From a virus (Duplodnaviria > Caudoviricetes): DNA of 57,917 nucleotides. The notes beneath the pieces were generated by a model that saw only the letters and a program-made list of their open reading frames with translations, was not told where the DNA came from and did not search any database. The position numbers were made by a program, and so were the translations under genes. The stretch is from positions 1 through 57,917 of IMG/VR virus record IMGVR_UViG_3300042389_000654; one strand, given 5' to 3'. Positions 43,561 to 54,000 of this stretch are shown here, piece by piece. Every line of letters begins with the position of its first letter. The stretch's first letter is position 1.

Positions 43561-44217
43561 TTACCAATCAGCGTTTGTTGCTGAAGTGGTAGTTGGGCCA
43601 TCAAAGCCCAAATAGAACGCTTCTTGTTCCGCATATGGAATCTTCTTTAGTGCAAGTTCCAATGGGAATGGTTCGATTCCAGACCAGTTAAATGGTTCTG
43701 TATCGGGTGCTGATGGAATTAGTGTGTAATTGGTTTCAGTTCCCTGACCATTACGCTTTAGCTTCCATACAACATTTGAGATGCTACCAGTTTCAAGTGC
43801 ATACTCACGAATTGTATTAAATGATGATTGCTTACTGATACCCATTGACCAGATAGCGACATATGGCTTTTCAATTCCATCGTCAACTAGAACATTGCAA
43901 TAAAAACGTAGGCGACCTCTCCAGCCAGCCTTTGGATCTTTACGATGCATTTCTTCTGCCCAGTCACGGCCTTCTGATTCCATTGTGTCTACAGCTTTGC
44001 GCTTATAGTCTTTTGGATTTGTGTGTTCTTTTACTACAAGTGATAAACCACGCTCTGCATTATAATTTGCAGAATCTTCGTCTAACTCTTCTATGAAACG
44101 AATCTTTACTGATTGTCCATCGGCAAGCTTTAGCCACTTTACCTTTGGTGAGTTTTCATCATATTTTGGCTTGTCGAGCAGGGCGTTGATTGCTTTTAAT
44201 CCCTTTACTACGCTCAT
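43561..44217 (-). CDS. phage ssDNA-binding protein (gp32-like)
   Basis: WLKLADGQSVKIRF...KRNGQGTETNY; position in the replication operon. Confidence 0.6.
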   Translation of the reverse strand: MSVVKGLKAINALLDKPKYDENSPKVKWLKLADGQSVKIRFIEELDEDSANYNAERGLSLVVKEHTNPKDYKRKAVDTMESEGRDWAEEMHRKDPKAGWRGRLRFYCNVLVDDGIEKPYVAIWSMGISKQSSFNTIREYALETGSISNVVWKLKRNGQGTETNYTLIPSAPDTEPFNWSGIEPFPLELALKKIPYAEQEAFYLGFDGPTTTSATNADW

Positions 44218-44241
44218 GTTTTCTCCTTCGTGTTGTTTATA

Positions 44242-45165
44242 TTAGTTTAGCATAGACGATATAGATTTGTCAAATTGGAATTCTAAACTCCTAATTGTTT
44301 CATCATCCATATCACCAATGTCTTTGTATTTTTTATCTATCGTGATTACACTAATAAGAGATCCAAGTTTTTCTATTAACTTATCCTTCATTATTTTTCC
44401 AGCTTCATCATTATCTGCAACAAGTATAACGTTGTTGAAATACTTTTCTAATAGTCTGATTTGAGATGCAGACACATTAGCACCCAGAGTTGCAACTGCT
44501 GGGAAACCTACTTGATCTAATCGAATAGCATCAAATGATGATTCGACTACATATACAACGCTAGAGCTTTTTACTCTATGCAAATTAAATAAAATTTTAC
44601 TTTTTGGCAATCCTGGAGTATTTTTAAACTCTTTACCTTCAACAGTTCTTGCAACAAATCCAATAGTCATTCCGTCTGGAGACTGCATTGGTATCGTAAC
44701 AGAATCTTGTTTTTCTGAATAACCCAAATTAAATTTTATCACAGAATCTTTTGTAATTCTACGACCTTCAAAATATCTCATGGCTCTTGGAGATTCTGTT
44801 GCTTGATTATTTAATCTTTTAATTAAAAGCTCATCATATTGTATAAATTCTGGTGGGGCATACAGGGTTTTGTTTACAATATTTTCTATATTATGTTCTG
44901 TTTCTTTGCTTTTTATATACCTTGCAGTTTCAAAATATGTTCTTCCAGTAGTAAACATAACAAACTCTTCTAGGCTTTTTGTAGTTTGACAACCAAAACA
45001 AAAGAACAGTCCACTATCTTTTGCAACTTCTCCAGCAGGGGTTCTACTATTATTATGATATGGGCAATAGATAATAAAATCATTGCCAAACTCTGCTTCA
45101 ACATCAATGCCAGCACCTGCCAATACCCTACGTATTTGCTCTTCTGTATAAATGTTTTTACGCAT
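44242..45165 (-). CDS. dnaG: DNA primase (CHC2 zinc finger plus TOPRIM)
   Basis: CPYH...CFGC; VVESSFDA; ADNDEAG; KDIGD. Confidence 0.88.
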   Translation of the reverse strand: MRKNIYTEEQIRRVLAGAGIDVEAEFGNDFIIYCPYHNNSRTPAGEVAKDSGLFFCFGCQTTKSLEEFVMFTTGRTYFETARYIKSKETEHNIENIVNKTLYAPPEFIQYDELLIKRLNNQATESPRAMRYFEGRRITKDSVIKFNLGYSEKQDSVTIPMQSPDGMTIGFVARTVEGKEFKNTPGLPKSKILFNLHRVKSSSVVYVVESSFDAIRLDQVGFPAVATLGANVSASQIRLLEKYFNNVILVADNDEAGKIMKDKLIEKLGSLISVITIDKKYKDIGDMDDETIRSLEFQFDKSISSMLN

Positions 45166-45718
45166 ATGGTCCTAAAATACCATAACCAATTGTATACCTT
45201 AAACCATTTGTGGTTTCACAAACTCCATGCATTTCGTTCATTTTGTAGTATGCAATATCCCCAGCCCTTGGTTTATATTTATACTTATAATTTGGCAAAG
45301 AAAGTTCACCACCATCAAAATCATCATTGACGTATAGCATAGCAACAAAACTGTCTACTCTTTGATCTGTAATATCTTGGTGTTCCGTCATTGGGGTAAA
45401 TGGAAGTAGCTTGGATACAGTTATTGTTGACCTAAGTGGTTCCATATGTTTCATCTTCTTATCTTTCATAAACTTAAATAAGGAAGCACTCATTATGTTT
45501 TGAAATAAACACCTAAGTTCAATAGCAGCATAGCTATCTTTTCTATCATTACAAAATGGAAGGTCCATTGTTAGGTGAGGCCTTCTTGTAATGCTTTGAA
45601 GTGGATAAGAATCTTTGCTTACAGTTTCAATAAGGTCAATCCAATACTGTGTATTTATATTGTTTGAATAAATAGTAATAAACTCATTATCAATTCTAGG
45701 TTTAATATTATTTTCCAT
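45158..45718 (-). CDS. prolyl-hydroxylase-like 2OG-Fe(II) oxygenase
   Basis: HQD...YVNDDFDGGEL...P.AGD...HGV......RY. Confidence 0.8.
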   Translation of the reverse strand: MENNIKPRIDNEFITIYSNNINTQYWIDLIETVSKDSYPLQSITRRPHLTMDLPFCNDRKDSYAAIELRCLFQNIMSASLFKFMKDKKMKHMEPLRSTITVSKLLPFTPMTEHQDITDQRVDSFVAMLYVNDDFDGGELSLPNYKYKYKPRAGDIAYYKMNEMHGVCETTNGLRYTIGYGILGPYA

Positions 45719-46931
45719 CTTCGTAATCCTTATAACGATAATATCCTTTATCAAAGTCTGCCTGCACTAAAAAATCTCCCATAAAACCATTACGGTTTTT
45801 TCTAAATACACATTCAATAATATCACTATTGGTAGCACGACCTAAAGCCATAACCCAGTCAGCATCATAAGCAATCTGTCTAGACCAAGCGGTTTGACCT
45901 AGTGTCGGGGGGCTTGATAAATCTTTTACATCATCAGGGGTAGCAGATGAAATAGCAATAATAGGAACTTCTTCACTAATAGACATTAGCTTTAGTTCTC
46001 TTGAAAGGTTTTTCATTCTTACCGTTTCATTCTCAGACTTTTGATTTGGTGACATTAATTGTAAATAGTCCACTATAACAAAGTCTGGTCTATATTGATC
46101 AATCTTTCCACGAATAACCGAAGGAGTTACTTCACCACCACTATCGTTAGATATGATATGAAATTCTGGACGGCCCTCTACTTTATTTTTATGCCACTTT
46201 TTTAGCATATCAATTTCTATTTCGCCTTTACTTAACTTTCTATGAGACCACAGACCTTCACCCATAATTGCAAAAATACGATTACGAACTTCTGTTTCAG
46301 ACATTTCTAAAGAAATAATCATTGGTGACTTTCCCTGCTTCCATGCTTGAACTGCAAAATATAGGGCCATCCAAGATTTACCAATGCCAGGGTAGGCTAG
46401 AAACACTCCAAGTTGACCTGGCATAATTCCAGAAGGTAGGTAATTATCAAATCCTGGTAGATTAGTTTTAATTCCAACCTGTCCTAATGCATTTTGTTTT
46501 TGAACATTTTCAAAATATGCAACTGCGGATTCTAAATCGGTAGCGTCAATATCTCTAATAGATGCAGTATTCTTTTTAAGTTCAGATGTTTTTGTAATTA
46601 AAGTTTCAAGTGCTTTTGGACCATTTCCACCTTGAACTTCTCCTGCTGCATTTTTAATTATGTCCTTTAGGCTGTCATTTAAATATTCAACTTGTAATTC
46701 TTCAAGATGATGCTTTGTAGCACCAACCCCTTCGATTGGTTCAAAATCTCTAAACTTTTCTCTAACTAAATCTACTGGAGGAAGTGATTGATTATTTTCA
46801 GAGTATAGGCGAATAAAGTTCCAGATGTCTCTATGTGTTCTAAGTAGGTTATCTACATTAGCCTGCAAGAGAACATGGATTTGCTTGTCTTTTAATACTG
46901 CAGTTATTAACTTAGCCTCTGTATTATTCAC
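45708..46931 (-). CDS. dnaB: DnaB-like replicative helicase
   Basis: AYPGIGKS, SLEMS, IVDYLQLM, IAYDAD and KNRNG. Confidence 0.92.
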   Translation of the reverse strand: MNNTEAKLITAVLKDKQIHVLLQANVDNLLRTHRDIWNFIRLYSENNQSLPPVDLVREKFRDFEPIEGVGATKHHLEELQVEYLNDSLKDIIKNAAGEVQGGNGPKALETLITKTSELKKNTASIRDIDATDLESAVAYFENVQKQNALGQVGIKTNLPGFDNYLPSGIMPGQLGVFLAYPGIGKSWMALYFAVQAWKQGKSPMIISLEMSETEVRNRIFAIMGEGLWSHRKLSKGEIEIDMLKKWHKNKVEGRPEFHIISNDSGGEVTPSVIRGKIDQYRPDFVIVDYLQLMSPNQKSENETVRMKNLSRELKLMSISEEVPIIAISSATPDDVKDLSSPPTLGQTAWSRQIAYDADWVMALGRATNSDIIECVFRKNRNGFMGDFLVQADFDKGYYRYKDYEDGK

Positions 46932-47232
46932 TTAACCACTTCCTTGCAATATTCCTGCGCTCTAATCTTTCATCTTTATCTTGCTCTATTTCTAGCTTTC
47001 CGTTTAAGATCTTTTCTGCATTATAGGCAAAATAATTCCATGTTGGGTCTTTTGCAATAGAAAAATAGTATTCAAGAAGATCGTAACATTCTGATACCCC
47101 ATAAGACTCTACAAGTCCATCTGCTGCCCATTGTTCAGCATTAAGGTTCATGTTAGACTTTTGCTCATACCGCTGTAGATATAGTTTATTAAACCTACTA
47201 AGCAAAGCCATTCGGTCTTTGCGTTCAGCCAC
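46924..47232 (-). CDS. hypothetical protein upstream of the helicase
   Basis: Coupled ORF in the replication operon. Confidence 0.7.
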   Translation of the reverse strand: MAERKDRMALLSRFNKLYLQRYEQKSNMNLNAEQWAADGLVESYGVSECYDLLEYYFSIAKDPTWNYFAYNAEKILNGKLEIEQDKDERLERRNIARKWLSE

Positions 47233-47438
47233 TACTCTGCTATTTCAGCTTTTGCTTCATTAATCTTATCGGTTAGCTTGTCTTCAACAAACTTGTATAC
47301 ACGTTCAAAAGCTTGGTCTACGTTTTCGCCATCACGCCTTGAATCGATAACTCCAAGATCTAAACGCAAAGATTGAAAGTTTCCAAGATTAAGAGTATAT
47401 CCAAGAGTTACAGATACCTTTGTATTATCATTTTCCAT
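47232..47438 (-). CDS. hypothetical protein
   Basis: GYTLNLGNFQSLRLD motif. Confidence 0.75.
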   Translation of the reverse strand: MENDNTKVSVTLGYTLNLGNFQSLRLDLGVIDSRRDGENVDQAFERVYKFVEDKLTDKINEAKAEIAE

Positions 47439-47488
47439 TTTATCCACCCTTTTATTTGTTATTACAATTGTAGCATAGAAACAAAAAT

Positions 47489-48031
47489 TTAGATATTCTC
47501 ACTCCACACTGGAATGTATCGTCCATCTTCTGTCTTTGTATATGTAAGTATACCGTCACCCATCCTTCGTGTCAACTCTTGATTTGTAGGGGTGCTGTTA
47601 TTTGTTATTAATTTATCTTTTCTTGGCTGCCCAATATGTATGCTCGCAAGAATAGATCTTATTTCTCTTACACTATCTTCCGAATAATATGCTCTAATTT
47701 TAAATCCACGCTTACCATTAATACTTGCCCCTATTGGTGGTGGTATAACTCCTCGTTTAATTAAGCTTGGCATATATTTTCGATGACGATTAATTAATTT
47801 AGAAGTTTCAGAAACAGTATACGCTCTCTGCCTATTACGCCTAAAGTCAGATCGCAAACATGTTTCAATTCTATCTTTAGTAATGTTATAAACAGTAACC
47901 ATTCCAGTAGAACGAGAGCTGTGATGTAGTCTAACTAAATCCCCGTTTAAAAACCAAATCTTTTGGTTTCCTTTTATTACAGGGTCGTTATTGTATTTCT
48001 GGCTCTCAATTTTTCCTTTTGCAGTATCCAT
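47489..48031 (-). CDS. putative DNA-binding protein (MerR-like HTH)
   Basis: AYTVSETSKLINRHRKY...GVIPPP...YYSED. Confidence 0.55.
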   Translation of the reverse strand: MDTAKGKIESQKYNNDPVIKGNQKIWFLNGDLVRLHHSSRSTGMVTVYNITKDRIETCLRSDFRRNRQRAYTVSETSKLINRHRKYMPSLIKRGVIPPPIGASINGKRGFKIRAYYSEDSVREIRSILASIHIGQPRKDKLITNNSTPTNQELTRRMGDGILTYTKTEDGRYIPVWSENI

Positions 48032-48168
48032 CTACCACGCTCACTTTCTGATGGTGGGTGAAAAAAATCTCTTACCCCACAGATAACACAAAACATTTCT
48101 ATGTGATCAATCGTAGTGTATTGTCTGTCAACAAACATACGACCTTTGCATTTTTTGCAAAAAATCAT
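47977..48168 (-). CDS. small zinc-finger protein
   Basis: CKKCKGRMF...CVICG. Confidence 0.65.
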   Translation of the reverse strand: MIFCKKCKGRMFVDRQYTTIDHIEMFCVICGVRDFFHPPSESERGRWILQKEKLRARNTITTL

Positions 48169-48181
48169 AAACCACCCTTAA

Positions 48182-48625
48182 TTAATTGGGAATACCAAGA
48201 ATTATTAAATTTACTGCCAAGGATAAATCACCAGAAGCACCAAACCTAACGACTCCTTCAACACGAGAAGTTGTAACTGTTTTTAAAATAACGCTAACAT
48301 TTTGTCCAGCAGGAGTATTTCCAGTATTTACTGCTGTTGCTGTTGCAATAGGCTGAAATCTAAAATCGCTTCCAAAATCATATGAAAACGTTTTTTCGTT
48401 TCCAGCAGACACGGTAGAGTTATTGGCTACTTCTATATATCCACCAATTAGTCTTGCCTCAGATGTTTTAATGTTTTGTTTTCCAGCACTAACAGTATCT
48501 ATTGACGTAGTTTTATAAGTTGCAGATGAAACCTGTGTAGACAGGTCATTAATAGTATCAGCCAACTGATAGATGTAGGTAACATCTAAGGGTTGACCTC
48601 TTTCTGGTAGCGGAACTTTAGCCAT
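48182..48625 (-). CDS. virion/tail-associated protein
   Basis: End of the tail operon; beta-rich C-terminus. Confidence 0.55.
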   Translation of the reverse strand: MAKVPLPERGQPLDVTYIYQLADTINDLSTQVSSATYKTTSIDTVSAGKQNIKTSEARLIGGYIEVANNSTVSAGNEKTFSYDFGSDFRFQPIATATAVNTGNTPAGQNVSVILKTVTTSRVEGVVRFGASGDLSLAVNLIILGIPN

Positions 48626-48642
48626 ATATATCCATTATATCA

Positions 48643-49143
48643 TTAGATCGTATGCATTGCAGGACTATAAACCAACAAACTTGCAGAGTCTCTTGTTATT
48701 GGTTCACCCTTTAAATAAACTTCAACTGTTACCCTATTTGGACTTTGTTCTTGATCTACCCCGTTAATATAAAATGTTGTGGGATGAACAAGAGTAATAG
48801 AATTACCAGAGATTCTTTGAACATAGTTAAAATCTCCAAGACCTGCAGCTTTACTCCATTTTACCCAAACATCATAATCTTTTGCTTGCCCAATAATATT
48901 AGTGCCTATTTTAACAGTTACAGTATCCCAGGCAACTGTGGTTATTCCAGATGAAACTATAGATATATTTCCTGCAACATATATATAGTTTGGATTAATA
49001 TTTATTATGGGGGACCAGTGAGAGGTTCTGTTTTTATCTTCAGACACAACCCTATATCTAACATCGTATTTTCCAGTTATACTATTTATTGTTGGAAGGT
49101 TGTCTTGACTAAGTTTAATTTTTTTAATAACTTCATTGGCCAT
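48643..49143 (-). CDS. putative minor tail protein
   Basis: YRVVSEDKNRTSHWSP; located in the tail operon. Confidence 0.55.
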   Translation of the reverse strand: MANEVIKKIKLSQDNLPTINSITGKYDVRYRVVSEDKNRTSHWSPIININPNYIYVAGNISIVSSGITTVAWDTVTVKIGTNIIGQAKDYDVWVKWSKAAGLGDFNYVQRISGNSITLVHPTTFYINGVDQEQSPNRVTVEVYLKGEPITRDSASLLVYSPAMHTI

Positions 49144-50297
49144 TATGTTACCCCAATTGAAAATCTAAACTCAATATAATTGCTTGTGTTAGGAGACTTT
49201 ATAATAGTTTCCGCTTCATCTGTTTTTATTATAGAATACCCAGTTAATCCATACAGTGGGTTAATAGTTGCAACATTTTCTAAACGCATGGCATCAAGAG
49301 CAACATAATAGTCTGCAGATGGAGATCCGCCATCAATCACACATGCATATATTTTTACAACAGTAACAGCATCCCAAGTAAAGTTAGGACTTGTATACAG
49401 TTCTTGTAATTGTTTCGATACTACAAAATATCGATTAGAAGAAAAATCTTGAACTAGCTCTGGATTACCAGATGTCCCATGATTAATCTCTACTTCAAAT
49501 TTTGCAAATTCTCCACCCTCAGCATCCGTAGACGCAAAGTCAACCAATACTCTAACTGTGTCTGGTATTGATATAGAATCTCCATTTTTATTAATTACAG
49601 AAAACGCTAACCTTAACTCATCAATTGGTGAATTTTTTGTAAAATCTACATTAGCTCCAGTTAAATGAATGTGGTTTGATCCAGACTCAATGACAAAATG
49701 ATCTTCTGTTGGTCCGCTATCTTCACTTACTGTTAAGTTTGAATCATCGCCTTGTATAAATATAATATTATTTAAAAATCTACATCTTTCATACCTGTTT
49801 ACACGAGATGGTTTATAGAAAATTGAGTTATCTGCATTTGATTGAAAGACTGGGTTTATTGTAGCAATTACATTATCATCTTCTGGATCATCCAATGGTG
49901 ATGAAATAATTGGTATTGCTACGGCTGATGCTTCAGTGTGATATTGCCAATTTTCCGTATTAGTAAATGCAAAAACATTTTTACTATCATATGCCCCAGC
50001 AGATGGATTAGAACCTGCAGAAAATATTCCAACCTCAGATATCTCGTATCTTTCTTCTGTTGGAAGTTCTGCAGTTAATACAATTTTATTAATTCCGTTT
50101 TCATTTACAAAACCTCTAGAAGATATTGGAACCCTAAACATTTCAAAATCTAAGGATTCTTTGGTAGAAAAATCTTCAGCGGTATCGGCTATATCTAATG
50201 GTGTTGGGCCACAACCTACAGCAATGTATGATGCATAGGCTGGTGCCTGACCAAGCATATATTTTCCTATTAGAGCTTTGCCAGTATTAGTTATCAT
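49143..50297 (-). CDS. putative tail/baseplate protein
   Basis: MITNTGK...YIAVGCG...EVGIFS, resembling a tail-collar-type N-terminus. Confidence 0.6.
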   Translation of the reverse strand: MITNTGKALIGKYMLGQAPAYASYIAVGCGPTPLDIADTAEDFSTKESLDFEMFRVPISSRGFVNENGINKIVLTAELPTEERYEISEVGIFSAGSNPSAGAYDSKNVFAFTNTENWQYHTEASAVAIPIISSPLDDPEDDNVIATINPVFQSNADNSIFYKPSRVNRYERCRFLNNIIFIQGDDSNLTVSEDSGPTEDHFVIESGSNHIHLTGANVDFTKNSPIDELRLAFSVINKNGDSISIPDTVRVLVDFASTDAEGGEFAKFEVEINHGTSGNPELVQDFSSNRYFVVSKQLQELYTSPNFTWDAVTVVKIYACVIDGGSPSADYYVALDAMRLENVATINPLYGLTGYSIIKTDEAETIIKSPNTSNYIEFRFSIGVT

Positions 50298-51022
50298 GAT
50301 TCAATATCTCCAAATTCCGCTTCATATATTGTAGCACTTACTGTAACTTCTACCTCAATTTGCTCGTCACTTTCCATATTAACTGTTTCTATAACTAGGT
50401 TTCCTGTTAAATTTTCTAGATATACGTTAGATCCGCTAGGCCCATTGCCGTTGTTTGGAATTTTATTTTCAAGCTTTATAGAAAAATTAGAAAAATACTT
50501 GTCAGAGGTATTTTGAATTCCTAAAATATTATTTTGGTTGTATTGTTGCTGTATTGATGAAAGATTTTTAATAGGCTGATAAGAAACCTGCTGTCCATTT
50601 ATTATATCATTTCTTGCAATATTTATTAGTTCCTGACCACCAATATCTTCAAGAATTAGATTAAACATTTTGTCAACTGAGACTGAGTTGTCATCAAACA
50701 AAATAGTGTCTATGGGGGCAGTTTTAATAGCGGGCTTGCTTAAAGTGACAACTGGTAGTGATGCAGTGTTTGGTGTTGCAGCTACTACCGTTTCTTGTTT
50801 TGCTACCACCAATGCTTTAGCTGTTGTTGTTGTTTTTAAACCAGTATCGCCCTTGTCTACTGCAGAACTACCGCTAATGCCAAAAATTCTTTTTTCTGTT
50901 TCAGTTAAATCAGTATTCTGAACTGGTGCAGTGTTAGTATTTTGTTTAACAACTGCTGGGGGTTTTTCATAACCTTTGGCAGCATTTGGCCTAGCGAATG
51001 CATCAAGATATTCAAAATCCAT
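50294..51022 (-). CDS. putative minor tail protein
   Basis: Tail operon; EDIGGQELINIAR. Confidence 0.55.
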   Translation of the reverse strand: MDFEYLDAFARPNAAKGYEKPPAVVKQNTNTAPVQNTDLTETEKRIFGISGSSAVDKGDTGLKTTTTAKALVVAKQETVVAATPNTASLPVVTLSKPAIKTAPIDTILFDDNSVSVDKMFNLILEDIGGQELINIARNDIINGQQVSYQPIKNLSSIQQQYNQNNILGIQNTSDKYFSNFSIKLENKIPNNGNGPSGSNVYLENLTGNLVIETVNMESDEQIEVEVTVSATIYEAEFGDIES

Positions 51023-51023
51023 A

Positions 51024-54000
51024 TTACACCTCGCTCAAATACACTGACATGTTGGGGCCATCATTATTTCTTGTATACTCTATATTATATACCACAAATC
51101 TATCTGTATCAGAAGATATAAGATTTAAACCAGAAGAATCTTTATAGTCAAGAGTTACAATATCTCCAAGTTGCAATGTTGGTATTGCAAACATGTCAAT
51201 CCCGATTGACTTTTTAGGTTTCATCAATTTGTTTATAATCCAACCCATTAATGCATTTGCGTCATCATCTGTTTGAATATATAAGCTTTCTATTGAGAAT
51301 TCATTTTTACCATAGATCATTCTGCTTTGTCTTATTTCATCATATTTTAATTTTTCAAGAAGAGGAGAATATATTAACGAGTCCCCTTTAAACTCTGGGT
51401 CTGACAAATTTCCACGTTTTTTAAAATAATCATCAACCGTTAGCTCATGAGTAGTATCTTGAGTAAATGTTATGCCTTGAATTCTTAAATAGTTACCAGT
51501 GGTTTCATCTAAACTTAGAGCCTTGTCTGTGGAGTTAAATATTAAAAATTCTGCTCCGTAAGAATCTGCTTGAAAACCAGAAACTGAATACCCTTTGATT
51601 CTATTAAATGTAGGAGAAATTTGAGAATAAAGTGCTGGGTATGCTCTATCATATCTTATATCAAAGTATGCACACTCTCTCATAATTGATCCAAACTCTT
51701 CAAAATACATATTGTATTTTGGTGGTTGCTGAGAACTTAACCCAGAAAAATATGTGCTTTTTACCATTCCACTCATTCCATATTTTCTATAAGATTCACT
51801 GTCGCTAACTTCTACATCGGATAAAGATGATCCTAGCGTTTCTCCAGTTGCAAAAGATAAATTTGCTGGATTATGGGATAGTGCAAAAATATTTTCAAAC
51901 ATACATCTTGAGGATCCACGAGTGAATATAGCCATGTTGTTGTATATCGGCAGTGGATCTGTATCATCAACAATTTTAATTAATTGGTTATTGATATATA
52001 AATAAAACCTTCTAGTCTTTCCAACATCTTGATATTCTACCGATAAGTCATACACAGTTGTATTTTCTTCGCTAGCCATTCTATACTGACCTGTAAATCT
52101 TCCATCATCTACTAAGATTTTTGAAAGACCTCCCCATAACTTTATTGGAATTGCTTTATTACTAGATGATTCTTTTTTAATTTTATAAAAAACAATATTG
52201 TTTATTGATTTTTCTGCATTTCCCTTATTATCAATTTTTAAATACGAATTAATGTTGTCTTCTGTTAAAGCAATAATTTCAAAATAATATCCATTGTTAG
52301 TTTCTGGATTAAGCAAAAGAGCTAGTCCTCCAGAACCTCCACCAATATTTACGCTTTGGTCAGTTTGAGTTCCAGAAGTTTGATAATATGTTGTGCTTCC
52401 AATTGGTGTTTGTGTTCTTGTAATGTTATTTTCAATTTTTCCAACAATACGCATTCTAGTTCCAAAATGTTTGTATGCATTGTCAAGTTCTTTATAAACA
52501 TAGGAAACAAAGTTTAATGGAGTTTCTGTTGTTTTAAAAGATGGACCATTCATCACTAAAGCCGAAGACTGAACCGTTCCAGATGTTGTGCTTTTTAAAT
52601 TATTAACCGCTGTTTCAGTTAAATAATTTGTTGACATAAAATTTTTAATAATTCCATTTCTTGTAGTTTGTCTTGCAAGAGCATTATTTATTCCAGCTGC
52701 GCCAGAAGATGTTGGTGGGTATGTAACATTTTCGTCTAGGACGGTTGTAAACATATAGCTAGATTCCATATCACATCCCCTAACATATTCGTTGTTAGAC
52801 CAATATGAATTGATTCCTGCTGTATGCAGAGAGATGGGTGTTCCAAATTGACTACGACCATGCTCAACTACATTACCATTTTGCAACCTTGTAACTCCAT
52901 CTATAACCTCATAATATGGAGTAGAAAAAATTCTTATTAATCCTGTTGGATATATTTTGCCGTTAAATGGTAGTGAAGAAAAATACTTTTGGTATTCTTG
53001 GTTATCGCTAATCCAAACATTTCCAGTGCCAGTAATATTAAACTCTGCTGCATCATATCTAATAATTTCTCCATTAGAGTATAAGTATCCCTGATATCTT
53101 GTTAGCCAGTAAATGTTTTCTCCAAGGTCAATTATGTTATTAATAACATTATGATTTACTACGGTAGGAGCTACGTCAGTTAGGTTAGAGTTTAAAGGCA
53201 TTGCTCCTAACACATAGCTACCCTGCTTTGAGGCAAGCTCATTTATTGTTTTTGTGTTTTCTGTTCCAGATACTTCCCACAATAGCGCTGGTTTATAAAT
53301 CCATGTTTTTTCTTGGTCTACTAAATTTGATTGACGGATTGACCCGTAAGATCTTTGAATATATCTAGTTGTATAGTTAATTTTTCCATCATTATATATT
53401 TTTTTATCTTTAGATGCAATAGAAATAATGTTTGGAAGATTTCCAGATGTTGAATTTTCTATTACACCAGTGTCTGTCTGGTTATTGTTTCCGGAAATTA
53501 CAAAGTCTGTAATTCTTTGTTCTTCTGTGGGCATAAGATAATCTTTGCTCATTACAACAAAATTATTATACTCATCAAAAAACATTGCTGTTTGAGTAGC
53601 TATTGCTAGCTGACTTAACACCTCTGCAACATTTTGATCTGGAGCAACAAAAAAGTATGGAATAATAGGATCTGATTCTCCACTAATGCGTTTAAAGGTA
53701 TAATTACTGAAACCTATGTAATCTAGTAATGTAGTAATTGCGTAACTTAAAGAGCTTTGTGTTGTAAGTAATCTTGGTGCTGGCATAGATTCTAAGAAAA
53801 AGAAAAAATCTCTTAAATCAATTGATAGAGTTCCAGCAGTTACATCTGCTTGTGGAAATCCTTCTGAGTATAAAGTTTTTATTGGAATATAGTAGTCAAA
53901 TCCATCTACATTTAAAACTGTTTCATAAAAATTAAATTTAATATTTTTTCTTACATATTTAGAAATAATACTATTAATGTTTTGTTCATTAAAAGCTTGG

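Noticed and set aside
33182-46931. Inteins or introns in TerL, RecA, DnaE or DnaB
   Set aside because: Lengths are normal, motifs are contiguous, and no intein splice-junction or LAGLIDADG blocks were seen
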